Below are positions 10,423 through 20,162 of a stretch of 64,000 bases of DNA, in pieces. A model generated the notes under the pieces. That model saw only the letters and a program-made list of their open reading frames with translations, had not been told where the DNA came from and made no database searches. Within the stretch, counting starts at the first letter, position 1; the number at the start of each line of letters is the position of its first letter. The stretch is from IMG/VR virus record IMGVR_UViG_3300032283_000551, positions 1 to 64,000 of that record; one strand, written 5' to 3'. The stretch is from a virus. Lineage: Duplodnaviria > Caudoviricetes. A program made the translations under genes and the position numbers.

Positions 10423-11940
10423 ATGACTATTTCAGTAGCTAATATAGCAACTTCAGATACTTTTGGCACTTGGTTATCAAGAACTAATGATCTTGCTACT
10501 ATTGCATCTCAAAATGCCGTTACTGTTGATTCAACTGTGGGTGGATCTCTTTCAACGGGCAATGGTTTTGTAAATGGTTATTTTGGTGCAAATACACTCA
10601 TAGCCCGCGATGGTATTGCAGGTGGTAACCTTTCATCTTTTGGTACTCTTAATCTTATTGCAAATATTGCTTTTATCTACAGTAGTTCAAATTTAGTTTC
10701 TGTTACTGCAAATTCTTCATCTTCGAACTTGACTATTACAACAAATGTGGTAAGTATTACATCTTCCGGTGGTAATACATCGATTAACAGTAGTAATTTA
10801 AATATTAATGCAACCGCTATTAATGCAAACGGTATTGCCACTATTACAGGTAATACTACATTAAAAGCAAATAGTACATTTAATATTCTTACTTTAACCG
10901 GGAATAGTACTGTTACAAGAATTATGGCTAATACATCTAATACCACTATTGTAGGAGATGTTTTTCTTTCAAATACAATTTCTGTAAATGGTTATGCAAG
11001 TTTTAGTAATAATCTAAATTTGGTAGGTTCTGCAAATATCCAGTCATCTGCTAATATTGGTAGTAATTTAGGTGTTATAAGTAACGCTAATGTTGGCGGT
11101 AATTTATATGTTGGTGGCAATACCAATATTGTAGGTAATTTAGGCGTCGGTGGTAATACAAATATTACTGGCAATCTAGGTGTTTCAACTAATGCTAATA
11201 TTGCCGGAAATGTTAGTATTGGCGGAAATCTTAATATTTCGGGAAATATTGTTTCCGGTGGTGCAGGTACTGGTAATCTTATTCCAGACTCAACAAGTTC
11301 TTATTATTTGGGTAACAGTACTGCTACTTGGTTGTACGGATATTTTAATTATATTGTGTCCTCAAATACCATAACAACCGCAAATTTAGTATCAACCGGC
11401 ACATCAACTCTTAATGTGATTAATGCTAATACCATTACCATATCAGGTACTACCACTTTCTCTAATACAATTACAGTGACAGGCAATGCTACTTTCTCTA
11501 ATGCAGTTACGGTATCAGGTAATGCTACTTTCTCTAATACTGCGGTATCATTTAATGGTTTGACGTCATCATCAAATGTTGCTATAAATAGTGGAATAAT
11601 ACTTAATTCAATTGGTCATCAATTTGCAAATAGTTATACATTTACAAATAGTTCAGTTGCTGCTAATATTGACCTAGTTTCTTCATCAACTTATCGTTCA
11701 TTTGAATATCTAGTTCAACTTTCAGATTCTACAGTTACACCTAATCCTTATTATCATTCAACAAAAATTGCAATTATACATGATGGTACAAATCCATATG
11801 TAACCGAATATGGTACATTATTTAATAGTGTATCTCTTGGTACATTTAATGTCATTATTAATGGCGGTAATATTGCATTGCAGCTTACACCGACTACCGC
11901 TAATGTTGTTGCTAAATTTATTAGAACTTCAATAGTTTAA
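10423..11940 (+). CDS. Tail fibre-like virion structural protein
   Basis: N-terminal DTFGTW..RTN motif, 12-residue GNL.V..NANI repeats, C-terminal domain ..IIHDGTNPYVTEYG.. common in T4-like fibre proteins. Confidence 0.6.
   Translation: MTISVANIATSDTFGTWLSRTNDLATIASQNAVTVDSTVGGSLSTGNGFVNGYFGANTLIARDGIAGGNLSSFGTLNLIANIAFIYSSSNLVSVTANSSSSNLTITTNVVSITSSGGNTSINSSNLNINATAINANGIATITGNTTLKANSTFNILTLTGNSTVTRIMANTSNTTIVGDVFLSNTISVNGYASFSNNLNLVGSANIQSSANIGSNLGVISNANVGGNLYVGGNTNIVGNLGVGGNTNITGNLGVSTNANIAGNVSIGGNLNISGNIVSGGAGTGNLIPDSTSSYYLGNSTATWLYGYFNYIVSSNTITTANLVSTGTSTLNVINANTITISGTTTFSNTITVTGNATFSNAVTVSGNATFSNTAVSFNGLTSSSNVAINSGIILNSIGHQFANSYTFTNSSVAANIDLVSSSTYRSFEYLVQLSDSTVTPNPYYHSTKIAIIHDGTNPYVTEYGTLFNSVSLGTFNVIINGGNIALQLTPTTANVVAKFIRTSIV
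11455..11538 (+). repeat. Three 36-nt in-frame repeats (TFSN.ITV.GNA)
   Basis: ACTTTCTCTAAT at 11455, 11491 and 11527. Confidence 0.85.
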
Positions 11941-11952
11941 TAAGGGGTTAAA

Positions 11953-12279
11953 ATGGCCGCAAAAGTAAATATTGTTATTGATCAAGGAACTACGTTTAAT
12001 ACAACGTATACTATCCATGATGCCATTGATGAGCCGATCGATTTTACTGGTTTTACAGCTAACTCACAGATTAGAAAATCGTATTCTTCGTCAAACTCTT
12101 ATGTGTTTGATGTAAGTTTAAGTAATGCTGGATTGGTTACTCTTTCTATGAATGCAGCTACAACTAGTAGTATTACTGCAGGACGCTATGTTTATGATGT
12201 CGAAGTTCAAAGTGTTTCAGGTATTCGATCACGTATTGTTGAAGGAATTGTAACAGTTACTCCACAGGTCACCAAGTAA
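11953..12279 (+). CDS. Small beta-sandwich virion adaptor protein (BppU-N-like)
   Basis: IDQGTTF..DFTGFTANSQIRK..AGRYVYDVEV..RIVEGIVTVTPQVT, a widespread T4-like virion protein pattern. Confidence 0.65.
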   Translation: MAAKVNIVIDQGTTFNTTYTIHDAIDEPIDFTGFTANSQIRKSYSSSNSYVFDVSLSNAGLVTLSMNAATTSSITAGRYVYDVEVQSVSGIRSRIVEGIVTVTPQVTK

Positions 12280-12280
12280 T

Positions 12281-12640
12281 ATGTCTTATGTAGTTAAATC
12301 TGTAACGACCAATAAATATAAAGTCAAAGTAGTGAATCAGAACGGCTCACTTCTGACGATGCCTGCTAGCGTTCCTGTTGTTACTGCTGCGGCTATTTCG
12401 GATCTTACTAAATTTTCAAATACTTCCGCCATGTTGGCCAATGATGCTACGACGTACGCAAATGCTATAGCTTATGCGTCAAATCTTGTGTCCAATAGCG
12501 TAACAAATATTGCCGTAGCTTCGATTTCTGATGTTCAGCTTTCACAAAATCCTCCGGCAAATAATAGTACACTTGTATTCAATACAACAAATAATAAATA
12601 TGTCGTTAGACAAATGGACCTAGACGGGGGCAGCTTTTAA
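12281..12640 (+). CDS. Virion structural protein ending in DLDGGSF
   Basis: Tightly packed ORF; C-terminal DGGxF motif shared with the next gene. Confidence 0.5.
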   Translation: MSYVVKSVTTNKYKVKVVNQNGSLLTMPASVPVVTAAAISDLTKFSNTSAMLANDATTYANAIAYASNLVSNSVTNIAVASISDVQLSQNPPANNSTLVFNTTNNKYVVRQMDLDGGSF

Positions 12641-14346
12641 TGGCTAATCAGATTCAAATCAAGCGTAGTACAACCAATGCTAATCCAACCGGATTAGCTA
12701 GTGGTGAACTTGCGTATACATCAAATGGTGACGTTCTCTACATTGGTAGTCCAAACGGCAGTGTTGTTGCAATTGGTGGTGTAAGAGTCCCAGGATTTCT
12801 TACTGCAAATCAAGCACTTGTAGCAAATACCACTGGCTATCTTAATGAGATTAGAGCCGCAAACCTTGTAGCAACGAAAGTTTATGCAAATGGGGCTTTC
12901 GGTACCAATGGACAAGTTATAACATCCAATTCAACTGGTGGAATTTATTGGAACACACCTCTACCTGGTGTTGTCGGTTCTAATACGCAAGTTCAATTCA
13001 ATAATAGTGGAGCTCTTGGTGCTAATGCAAATCTAACATTCGATCAAGCAACTGAGACTTTAACAACTGTCAATGTTAGAGCTAATACAGTAAATGCAGC
13101 CACGTATACAATCGGTTCAGATTTTATTGCTAATACTACAGGCACATTTTTAACTGGGACTGTTAATGCTTCTGTAGTTTCTCTAGGAAGTAATTTTGTT
13201 GCTAATGGCACTGGTGTGTTTGTAGCTAATAGCGTAAATGCCGCAATACTATCTGTCGGATCTAGTTTTGTTGCAAATTCAACTCGGGTTGTTATTGGAT
13301 CTGGTGTTGGCCTTCAAGCTAATGGTGGTATAGGTACTGTAGGACAAGTACTTCTTTCAAATGCTTCATCTGTTTATTGGGGTGATAGAGTCTCGTCTGT
13401 TGCCACTTCAAACGGTCTTACTGGTGGGACTATCACCACAACTGGTACTCTTTCGGTTCTTGCAAATAATGGCATTATTGCTAATACAACCGGCGTATTT
13501 GTAAATCCAGGTACTGGTGTCACTGTAAATGCTACCGGTGTTCATATCGGTCAGCCTGTTGCTATTACTGATAGTGTTACATTCGACTCAATCAGCGCTA
13601 CCGGTAACGTTGTTATTGGTAACAACGTTGTAGATAATATCAGTTTCCTTGGCAGAGCCAATACTAACTTTAATCCAGCTGCGAATGTTACTTTTAATAT
13701 CGGTACATTTGATCAGCGCTGGAATTATATTTACGCTGCAAACGTTCATAGCACTCGAGGTTACATTGAAGGTAATCTTGAGGTAGGCGGGGACCTTATT
13801 ATTAGTGGTAATCTTGTAACAACAAATGTTAGTTCGGTTAGTATTTCTGACCCTCTGATCTTTTTGGCTTCAAATAATACTATCGGCGATCTTGTGGACA
13901 TTGGTTTTATCGGTGGATATAATGACGGTGCTACAGGAAGACATACAGGTGTTATAAGGCACGCTGCTACAGATGCTTATTATCTGTTCAAGAATTATAC
14001 CCCAGACACAAATAATAATATTGTCGATATCAATCATGCTTCTTTCAAATTATCATCAGCATATCTGTATTTGAATTCGAGTGGTTTAGTAACAAATGCA
14101 ACTACTGTAGCAATCACCGGTAACTCTACCGTAAACGTTGCAATTACGGCTAACTCGATTACAATTTCATCACCTCTTCAAGCAAATAGTGGTGGTACTG
14201 GTATAAGTACTGTAACAAATAACGCTATCCTGTTTGGTAATTCTACTAACGGATTCAGTCAGTTGTCATTGGGAACTTCTGGATACGTATTGCAGTCAAA
14301 TGGAACTGCACTGGTTTATGATATACTTGATGGCGGAACGTTCTAA
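12640..14346 (+). CDS. Tail fibre protein with Mtd-N-like N-terminal head
   Basis: N-terminus IQIKRS..P..L..GELAY; G/N/S/T-rich beta repeats; ends DILDGGTF. Confidence 0.65.
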   Translation: MANQIQIKRSTTNANPTGLASGELAYTSNGDVLYIGSPNGSVVAIGGVRVPGFLTANQALVANTTGYLNEIRAANLVATKVYANGAFGTNGQVITSNSTGGIYWNTPLPGVVGSNTQVQFNNSGALGANANLTFDQATETLTTVNVRANTVNAATYTIGSDFIANTTGTFLTGTVNASVVSLGSNFVANGTGVFVANSVNAAILSVGSSFVANSTRVVIGSGVGLQANGGIGTVGQVLLSNASSVYWGDRVSSVATSNGLTGGTITTTGTLSVLANNGIIANTTGVFVNPGTGVTVNATGVHIGQPVAITDSVTFDSISATGNVVIGNNVVDNISFLGRANTNFNPAANVTFNIGTFDQRWNYIYAANVHSTRGYIEGNLEVGGDLIISGNLVTTNVSSVSISDPLIFLASNNTIGDLVDIGFIGGYNDGATGRHTGVIRHAATDAYYLFKNYTPDTNNNIVDINHASFKLSSAYLYLNSSGLVTNATTVAITGNSTVNVAITANSITISSPLQANSGGTGISTVTNNAILFGNSTNGFSQLSLGTSGYVLQSNGTALVYDILDGGTF

Positions 14347-14361
14347 AGGAGAACTTTTATT

Positions 14362-15018
14362 ATGAGTGAAAATGATAACGATTTCTTTGTTGAAACATAT
14401 ATAAAGAAACAAGAGTCTCTTTTTCTTGAACAAATGCGTAGGCTACTACAGGCTGATACCAAGTCGACTGTATTAGAGATAGCTCTAAACGAGCGCAATG
14501 CAACTGTTTCGGAATTAGAAGAACAAGTAAGACAACTCAATACTGCTATTAGTCAGGCTGTTAATGGTTTGCAGTCGATTACTATTGAAAGAGATACTCT
14601 AAAGAAAAAACTTTTAGAGGCAGAAGAAAGAATTGAATATCTAACAGATTTTCAAAACAAATACAAAATTGTAGAAAATGAACTCGCTAATAAATCTGTA
14701 ATAGTAGATAAGCTTAGTAATCAACTTCAAACATATCAACAAGATATGGATCATATAAGAAATAATTACAATAAAGTAAATGATGTTTATAAAACAGTAG
14801 AAAATGAACTCGCTAATAAATCTGTAATTGTTGAAAAACTTAGTACCAAAGTTGAAACATATCAAAAAGATATGGATCAGATAAAAGAAAATTATAATAA
14901 AGTAAGTGATGCATTAGAAGAAGCTAATGGTAAACTTTCAAAACTCAGCAATATTAAAAATAATAAAAAGAAATTAACGCCTACTAACTCAGAGTGGACT
15001 GATGGCAACCAAGTTTAA
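14362..15018 (+). CDS. Coiled-coil protein with internal 42-aa duplication (possible fibre chaperone)
   Basis: Heptad-rich K/E/L/N composition unlike the neighbours; 126-nt duplication at 14671 and 14797. Confidence 0.55.
   Translation: MSENDNDFFVETYIKKQESLFLEQMRRLLQADTKSTVLEIALNERNATVSELEEQVRQLNTAISQAVNGLQSITIERDTLKKKLLEAEERIEYLTDFQNKYKIVENELANKSVIVDKLSNQLQTYQQDMDHIRNNYNKVNDVYKTVENELANKSVIVEKLSTKVETYQKDMDQIKENYNKVSDALEEANGKLSKLSNIKNNKKKLTPTNSEWTDGNQV
14671..14900 (+). repeat. 126-nt in-frame tandem duplication
   Basis: GTAGAAAATGAACTCGCTAATAAATCTGTAAT at 14671 and 14797. Confidence 0.85.
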
Positions 15019-15949
15019 GGTAAAAAGAAGTGTAATTAGTGGCGTAATACCCACAACCCTAGATCTTGATCTTGGTGAATTGGCTATCAACATAGCTGAT
15101 AAGAAGGTATACACTTCTAATGGCAGTTCTGTATTTGAATTAAGTTCAAACGTATCTAATATTTCGATAACCGGTAATTTGACTTTCGGTACCGGGAGAT
15201 TCGTTGCAAATGGTGGTCCAGGTATTGCCGGTCAAGTTCTTACTAGCAATGGTAATACGGTTTATTGGGCGACCGCTACTGCACAAGCTTCGGTACAAAT
15301 TAGCAGTATTGCTCCATCATCACCACCACCTAATGATGGAGATCTTTGGTGGAATAGCACTACTCTAACTCTCTACATTTACAGAAATTTTCAATGGGTT
15401 GTTGCCATAGCAAATGGTGGATCCAATACTAATATTCAGTTCAATGATTCGTCTTTACTTGGTGGTTCTAATAACTTTACTTACAATAAGACAACAGGAA
15501 CAATGTCTGTTGGTAATGTAACCATCAATTCAACTTCAATCAGCACTAACACCGCAAATATTGTTCTGGGTAATACATCTGTTATTGTTGCTAATGGTGG
15601 TTTTGGTTCAAATGGGCAGGTTCTTACCAGTAATGGTTCTGGTATGTTCTGGGGATTCGGTGGTGGTGGGCCATATGTAAGACTAACATCTAACACTACA
15701 TTGACTCCATACAGATCATTTCTTGCTGATACCTCTAATGGATCTGTTTATCTTACACTTCCGGCATCACCAAGTGAAGGGCAAAGATTATCAATTGCAG
15801 ATGGTGGTGGTGATAAGATAATCAATCCTGCTGTAATTTTAAGAAATGGATCAACTATTGGTGGTAGCTCGAATGATTTATCATTTGATGTGCCTGATAC
15901 AATTGCCGAATTTGTTTATACAGGAACCACTTGGAAAGTATTTACATGA
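15002..15949 (+). CDS. Tail fibre protein with Mtd-N-like head
   Basis: MATKFKVKRS...GELAINIADKKVYT; P.DGDLWWNSTT.TLYI motif; C-terminal DTS.G...TLPASP..G..I.IAD domain typical of phage fibres. Confidence 0.65.
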   Translation: MATKFKVKRSVISGVIPTTLDLDLGELAINIADKKVYTSNGSSVFELSSNVSNISITGNLTFGTGRFVANGGPGIAGQVLTSNGNTVYWATATAQASVQISSIAPSSPPPNDGDLWWNSTTLTLYIYRNFQWVVAIANGGSNTNIQFNDSSLLGGSNNFTYNKTTGTMSVGNVTINSTSISTNTANIVLGNTSVIVANGGFGSNGQVLTSNGSGMFWGFGGGGPYVRLTSNTTLTPYRSFLADTSNGSVYLTLPASPSEGQRLSIADGGGDKIINPAVILRNGSTIGGSSNDLSFDVPDTIAEFVYTGTTWKVFT

Positions 15950-16455
15950 CATCACCAAAAGTAGTATTATACAAAGGTAATAATGATATTAATGCATTGT
16001 ATACCGGTAAGGTGGGAGAATTAACGTATAATACAAATCTTAATACGGTACATGTTCATGACGGTACTACGACGGGTGGTATTAAATTAGTAACTTTAAA
16101 CCCAAATAATACGATTGTATCTACAAATTTGGTTATTGGTTCCACGATAACCACAAATAATATTACCACTAATATATTTACGGCTAATTCTGCAAATGTA
16201 AATTCATTGACAGGCGGTTCAATTAATGCTAATTCTGCAAATGTAAATTCATTTACAGCTGGTTCAATTAATGCTAATTCTGCAAATGTAAATTCATTCA
16301 CAGCTAATACGGTTAGTGCTAATTCAGTCTCTGGGAATACAGCAAATTTTACATCAGTCACTGTTAATAATGCGCCAACATCTAATACACAATTAGCAAA
16401 TAAATTATATGTAGATAAAAAATTAAGATTGGCAATTGCCATCTCTGGAGTTTAA
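15946..16455 (+). CDS. Short fibre/adaptor protein with Mtd-N-like head and 15-aa repeats
   Basis: ATGA overlap with the upstream stop; GELTYNT..TVHVHDGTTTGG; hydrophobic C-terminus LAIAISGV. Confidence 0.6.
   Translation: MTSPKVVLYKGNNDINALYTGKVGELTYNTNLNTVHVHDGTTTGGIKLVTLNPNNTIVSTNLVIGSTITTNNITTNIFTANSANVNSLTGGSINANSANVNSFTAGSINANSANVNSFTANTVSANSVSGNTANFTSVTVNNAPTSNTQLANKLYVDKKLRLAIAISGV
16183..16310 (+). repeat. Three 45-nt tandem repeats (ANSANVNSxT.GSIN)
   Basis: GCTAATTCTGCAAATGTAAATTCATT at 16183, 16228 and 16273. Confidence 0.9.
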
Positions 16456-16457
16456 AA

Positions 16458-19322
16458 ATGTCAAAAAAATTGATCAGTAAGTATACATTTACACCTGGCA
16501 TAGCAAATGTCGGTACAATCAAAGTGCCTGGTAAAGTTGCTTTGGAGCAATTTATTTTAATTACTAATTCTACAACGAATGATGTAATTTTTAATTTTCT
16601 AGAAATTGGTTTTGGTGCTTCTGTATCATATAATGCATCTGATTCAACTACTTTTGCAAATGTTCTTAATGGTGTAACAACTCTTACATTGCAATTAAAT
16701 ACTTCTACTATGAATGCAGCTGATAAATTAAACATCATGGTTGATGATATTGATTTAAAAGTTAGACCATATGATTTCGGTACCGATGCTATTGAAAGAA
16801 TGCGTGTAGCCAATCCACAATCACTTATTGATGCTGACTTTGAATATGGATTACAGCCAACAAAATGGATGGGACTTAATTTAATAAGAAATTATCCATC
16901 CATTTATGAAATACCAGGCGCAGATTTAACGGTTACTAGTATTACAACCGATGGCGCAAATCCAAGTTTAATAACGATCAATACAACAGAAACTCATGGA
17001 TTGACCACAAATAACCCAATTACTGTGCAAGGTTTGTTACGAATTAGTGGTTATAGTAGAGCACAAGGATCATTTATTCTTTTGGATGCTCCAACATCAA
17101 CATCAATGAGATTTTATGCAAAGGGTGTCGTTGGGACGAACGCAGAAAGTTTATTTTCAGATGGTGTAGTTGTTAGAAAAGGTGCGTTTTATACAGCATC
17201 GTCATTGAATGTTTCCTCGTTTACTACCAATCTTGCAACACCGTCCATTATAACAGTAACAACGAGTACAAATCATGGATTATTTCCAGGTTCACCGATA
17301 ACTGTTACTATTAGTTCGGCTGGTACGAATCACCAATTAGCCGCTGGTACTTTTTTTGTTGAACAAGTTATAAGCGCCACTTCATTCTCATATACTGCAA
17401 GATCAGGTGGTGCAGTAGCCACTAGTTTAACAGGTGCTTTATATACAGTAGGTGATGGTTTCTTTATTCATAGATCATTTGATGGTGGTGTTTTGATGGG
17501 TACTGGAGCTCCAACTATAGGAGCTCATGCAATTCGTGCAAGTAAAAAATATTTTAGATACCAATCGGGAAAAGGTATATTCTTTAGCACAGGCACTATA
17601 TTTAAACCTAACTATGATGTGCAGAGTGTAACGTCTACCGACACCACAATTGGATCAACAATTACAATTACAACCGATGGCGTTGAGCATGGACTACAGA
17701 TTAATTCCCAAGTGGAACTAGCTGGTATTTTAACAAGCGGCTATAATGGAACATATAATGTTGTTGGTGTTGATACTGATACGAGTTTTCAAGTATTGGC
17801 AACCTCAGTACTCGGTTCAACAACAGCATCTTTAGATTTACGTCCAAGAGTTTACGTAAAAACTTGGCACGGTTCAAGTGTTAGAATAGGACCTCACGAC
17901 GATCAGAATGGTATGTTTTGGGAATTTGATGGCATTAATCTTAATGCAGTAATTAGAAATTCAGTTTTACAAATAGCAGGAACTGCAGCTGCAACAGCCG
18001 ATAGTAATGTTATAACTGGTACGAATACCAGATTTCAGGATCAATTGAGAGTAGGTGATGAAATTGTTATTCGTGGTATGGTACATACAATTACAAATAT
18101 AGCAAGCCAAACTAGTTTATCGGTTACACCTGATTTTAGAGGTGTATCAAACGTATCCGGTGTTAGAATTTGTCTTATTAGAGAAACAAAAACTTCTTCT
18201 TCTAATTTTAATTTAGATACATTAGATGGTAATGGTCCTTCAGGATTTGTTATTGATTTAAATAAAATGCAAATGATGGCAATCCAGTATTCCTGGTATG
18301 GCGCTGGATTTGTTGATTTTATGATAAGAGGACCAGACGGCAATTTTGTTACAGCGCACAGAGTAAAAAATAACAATGTTAATGATGAAGCTTTTATGCG
18401 TTCTGGTAACTTGCCTGTTAGGTATAGCGTCAGTAATGACGGCGCAAGAACACAGCTAACACAATCAATCAATGCTACAGCAACAAATTCCATTACTGTG
18501 GCTGATGCATCACGTTATCCTTCTAATGGTTCAATTTATATCAATAATGAAATTATTAATTATACCGGTAAAGCAAATAATACAACATTGACTGGATTGA
18601 CAAGAGCGGGCACCTTCAGTTTATTCACTGGTGGTAGTTCCAGAACATTTTCTGCAGGCAGTGCTAGTTCATATGTCGCAAATGATAGTGTATTTTTAAC
18701 CGGTGTTACATGTTCTCCAACATTGAGTCATTGGGGTTCGGCATTAATTATGGATGGTAATTTCGATCAGGACCGTGGTTATATTTTTAATACACAAAGA
18801 TTAAACGTTTCATTAACCACGACGTTCCAAACCGCTTTTATGATTAGATTAAGTCCGAGTGTTTCTAATGGACTTGTTGGTGATCTTGGGATTAAAGATC
18901 TATTGAATAGAGCTCAACTTTTATTGAATGCCATAGAAGTCACGGCTGCCACTTCAGCGCCTATCGTAATAGAAGGTATTTTGAATGCGGCTAACTATCC
19001 AACAAATCCTGCATCTGTTACATGGTTCAGTCTTTCACCAACAGCAAGTTCAGGTCAGCCGAGTTTAACACAAATTGCAACGACATACACATTCAGTTCA
19101 GGTACTTTTGCATCGCCAGGCGAAACCATCTTTTCTTTTGTTGCCGGTGGTACTGATACAAAATCTCTTGATTTATCTGGACTAAAAGAACTAACATCAA
19201 CGCCAATTGGTGGTAGAGGAACATTTCCAAATGGTCCGGATGTATTAGCTATTAATGTTCGAACTATAACGGGTACTGCAAATGCTCATCTAGTATTACG
19301 ATGGTCTGAAGCTCAGGCATAA
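16458..19322 (+). CDS. Large virion structural protein (T4-like fibre-associated)
   Basis: N-terminal KKLI..YTFTP, PQSLIDADFEYGLQPTKW, SKKYFRYQSGKG, SHWGSALIMDG.FD.DRGY and C-terminal GPDVL...LRWSEAQA, typical of this family. Confidence 0.7.
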   Translation: MSKKLISKYTFTPGIANVGTIKVPGKVALEQFILITNSTTNDVIFNFLEIGFGASVSYNASDSTTFANVLNGVTTLTLQLNTSTMNAADKLNIMVDDIDLKVRPYDFGTDAIERMRVANPQSLIDADFEYGLQPTKWMGLNLIRNYPSIYEIPGADLTVTSITTDGANPSLITINTTETHGLTTNNPITVQGLLRISGYSRAQGSFILLDAPTSTSMRFYAKGVVGTNAESLFSDGVVVRKGAFYTASSLNVSSFTTNLATPSIITVTTSTNHGLFPGSPITVTISSAGTNHQLAAGTFFVEQVISATSFSYTARSGGAVATSLTGALYTVGDGFFIHRSFDGGVLMGTGAPTIGAHAIRASKKYFRYQSGKGIFFSTGTIFKPNYDVQSVTSTDTTIGSTITITTDGVEHGLQINSQVELAGILTSGYNGTYNVVGVDTDTSFQVLATSVLGSTTASLDLRPRVYVKTWHGSSVRIGPHDDQNGMFWEFDGINLNAVIRNSVLQIAGTAAATADSNVITGTNTRFQDQLRVGDEIVIRGMVHTITNIASQTSLSVTPDFRGVSNVSGVRICLIRETKTSSSNFNLDTLDGNGPSGFVIDLNKMQMMAIQYSWYGAGFVDFMIRGPDGNFVTAHRVKNNNVNDEAFMRSGNLPVRYSVSNDGARTQLTQSINATATNSITVADASRYPSNGSIYINNEIINYTGKANNTTLTGLTRAGTFSLFTGGSSRTFSAGSASSYVANDSVFLTGVTCSPTLSHWGSALIMDGNFDQDRGYIFNTQRLNVSLTTTFQTAFMIRLSPSVSNGLVGDLGIKDLLNRAQLLLNAIEVTAATSAPIVIEGILNAANYPTNPASVTWFSLSPTASSGQPSLTQIATTYTFSSGTFASPGETIFSFVAGGTDTKSLDLSGLKELTSTPIGGRGTFPNGPDVLAINVRTITGTANAHLVLRWSEAQA

Positions 19323-19328
19323 TAAATA
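19321..19328 (+). promoter_or_regulatory. Late promoter variant AATAAATA
   Basis: Intergenic, at the head of the 19.3-28.3 kb fibre/hemO/pcyX block. Confidence 0.6.
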
Positions 19329-19356
19329 GTAAAAACATAAGGTAACGGGAATCCCA

Positions 19357-20133
19357 ATGCTTAAACTCTCAAACTTAATTCAGACGACTGGCGCGATAAC
19401 AGACGCAGCTGCACCGTCGCAGTTTGCAATGCATGCATTGAATAGAGATTCTGAAGGTCTTCTTACATATACTAAAGTTCTCTGGGCTAATACCAGTGAA
19501 ACAGTGGATATGACGAATGGTGATGGATTGGCATATAATGGTATTGAGGAATTTATTTCTGGCGTTAGTATTGGTAATACAGATTTCAATCTAACACGGG
19601 AATACGATTCTCAATCTGGCACTGGTGATTTACTAGCTAACACCTTTATAGTTAGATTTGTAACATCCGAAAGTAATTCTGCAATCAGAATTAACGGTGA
19701 TACAGCTAACAATCCAGTACTTGAAATGTATAGAGGTTCCACCTATAAATTTACAACAGATGATCCATCAACTTTGAATCATCCTATTTTTATTTCGACC
19801 ACACCAAGTAGTGGTTCATATACAAATGAATATCTCAAAGGTGTGCAGTATTCTAGATCAGCATATGATGGCAACGGTTATATAACTGTAAATGCAAATG
19901 TTGCCACTTCAGATGCTTTGATTATTAATGTCCCAATGGATGCACCAGATCAACTGTATTATGCTTCAGGACAAGATGCTAATTGCTATGGTATTCTGAA
20001 AATCACATCTGAATTAACGAATACAAAATATAGAAAATATGAACAAGTTAGATTTGATAATCTTCAACTATCATACTATATAAATAGCAATGGCTTCTTG
20101 GTAGCAAGATATGGTGCAGATTACTCATATTAA
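19357..20133 (+). CDS. Virion protein with inserted cupredoxin-like domain
   Basis: MHALNRD.EGLLTYTKV and C-terminal YEQ.RFD...YYIN..GFLVARY; internal L..YRG.TY.F..HP..I..VP.DAPD.LYY segment. Confidence 0.55.
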   Translation: MLKLSNLIQTTGAITDAAAPSQFAMHALNRDSEGLLTYTKVLWANTSETVDMTNGDGLAYNGIEEFISGVSIGNTDFNLTREYDSQSGTGDLLANTFIVRFVTSESNSAIRINGDTANNPVLEMYRGSTYKFTTDDPSTLNHPIFISTTPSSGSYTNEYLKGVQYSRSAYDGNGYITVNANVATSDALIINVPMDAPDQLYYASGQDANCYGILKITSELTNTKYRKYEQVRFDNLQLSYYINSNGFLVARYGADYSY

Positions 20134-20162
20134 ATAAAAAGAAGAATCAGGAGTAATAGTAT

